Virus record (IMG/VR): IMGVR_UViG_3300027844_002282
Strand: one strand, 5' to 3'
Source of the DNA: a virus
DNA length: 64,000 nucleotides
The position numbers and the translations under genes are program-made. The notes under the pieces were generated by a model. It saw only the letters and a program-made list of their open reading frames with translations. It was not told the DNA's origin and ran no database searches. Positions 62,880 to 64,000 of this stretch are shown here, one piece after another. Every line of letters starts with the position of its first letter. Positions within the stretch are counted from its first letter, which is position 1.

Positions 62880-63885
62880 TTACCTCCTGTTGTAAAAACT
62901 TTGAAAACCTCTTAAAACAAACATCTATAGGGATACCTGCATTTAACCCGTAATTTCCTACTGATTCCACTATTACGGCGGCTATCCCAAAAACCCTTCC
63001 ATCTGACGAATCAACAACCGCTCCGCCACTTGATCCTGGATACACAGATAAATCCATAAAGAAATAATTGCTTCCGCTATTTATCTCTCTGTCTTTAGAC
63101 GAGATTATTCCTCGTGACACATTATTGTCATAACCATATGGGCTACCAACGCAAAGTATAGATTCTCCGACGCCGACCGAATCGATTCTTTTAGGCTCTA
63201 CCTCTGTGTGTTTTACAGAGTCGCAATAAAGAACAGCGATATCCAATTCATAGTCAACGTCTAATATTGTTGCCGAATACTGTCTGTCTCCATCTATAAC
63301 ATACGCCGATACACTTTCAAAGCGTTCCTCGTTTCTACTGATTACGTGTGCGCATGTGATGAGGATGTTTGGTTTAACAAAAAAACAAGATCCCACCTCT
63401 TTGACCCCGTGGGTGTGAGACTCTGTCTCTATCTTAAAGCATGAAGATAGAAGATCTGCGACGATTGGAACCATTTCCGTTTCTTTATTGGCGGTTTTCA
63501 TCATAGTATCATCGCTTGATGCCATGGGGGATATTAGACGCCATTTTTTGTTCTTCTTACCAAGATCCGCAACTATCTCATGAATAGGTCTGTTTTCATA
63601 AACGACCTGCTTACCGCCTTCTAAATACACAACAAATCGTCTTACTTTATCGCCAAGTAATCCTGATCTATTCCAAAGGTCTTCCCCATGAAACGGGTCG
63701 TTGATATGCCAAGATATATCTACCGTGTCAGGACTTGATATTCCAGTATGGTCCGAAAAACCCTTATCTAAATCTTTTCTTCTCTTAAGATCTCTATCAA
63801 TATTTAGAGCGCGGCCTTTGTCGGTTATAGGACTAAGCTTATCGTCCAAGAACGGCATCGTCGTTCTATATGATTTAATTTGCAA
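62863..63885 (-). CDS. Trypsin-like (HtrA/S1C-type) serine protease without PDZ, with N-terminal extension
   Basis: GSCFFV...ITCAHVI (His), DIAVL (Asp), PGSSGG (Ser), VGSPYG...VSRGIIS. Confidence 0.9.
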   Translation of the reverse strand: MQIKSYRTTMPFLDDKLSPITDKGRALNIDRDLKRRKDLDKGFSDHTGISSPDTVDISWHINDPFHGEDLWNRSGLLGDKVRRFVVYLEGGKQVVYENRPIHEIVADLGKKNKKWRLISPMASSDDTMMKTANKETEMVPIVADLLSSCFKIETESHTHGVKEVGSCFFVKPNILITCAHVISRNEERFESVSAYVIDGDRQYSATILDVDYELDIAVLYCDSVKHTEVEPKRIDSVGVGESILCVGSPYGYDNNVSRGIISSKDREINSGSNYFFMDLSVYPGSSGGAVVDSSDGRVFGIAAVIVESVGNYGLNAGIPIDVCFKRFSKFLQQEVSDENI

Positions 63886-63900
63886 GATAATCCCCTCATG

Positions 63901-64000
63901 TTAATCTTTTGGCACAACAATGTCTTCTGATTCTTCAAAGGTATTTTTTCGGCTATCATCTGCAAATATAATGTCATCATCTACTTTTTCAGTACTACTT
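63901..64000 (-). CDS. 3' end of a gene entering from the right edge
   Basis: ...SSTEKVDDDIIFADDSRKNTFEESEDIVVPKD*. Confidence 0.5.
   Translation of the reverse strand, partial: SSTEKVDDDIIFADDSRKNTFEESEDIVVPKD

Overview
This window is the virion morphogenesis region of a large (probably jumbo) tailed dsDNA phage, almost entirely on the minus strand and readable in the standard code. In transcription order (high to low coordinates) it carries: a trypsin-like protease, a zincin/nucleotidyltransferase fusion and a DUF192 fusion; Ser/Cys-rich LamG and beta-propeller fibre-like genes flanking a KpsC/KpsS-like glycosyltransferase; acidic head proteins; a portal fused to a Vsr/DUF559-like nuclease; a 1592-aa protein; a 1754-aa prohead protease/scaffold; a 2074-aa AAA+ protein; decoration protein and HK97-fold major capsid; three tandem GT4 glycosyltransferases; neck genes; two more glycosyltransferases; tail tube; frameshifting tail chaperones; and a tape measure gene running off the left edge. 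No terminase, sheath, tRNA, CRISPR or integrase was recognised. Three things stand out. (1) Six glycosyltransferases are interleaved with structural genes alongside serine-tract fibre proteins, suggesting a virion glycosylation system. (2) A recurring K-x-A/S motif sits at N-termini and domain boundaries of multi-enzyme proteins, suggesting protease-released cargo packaged in the head. (3) An AGG-N19-(G/T)(A/T)A promoter-like motif occurs at 10 intergenic sites with identical spacing. All family assignments come from motifs read by eye; no database searches were run.
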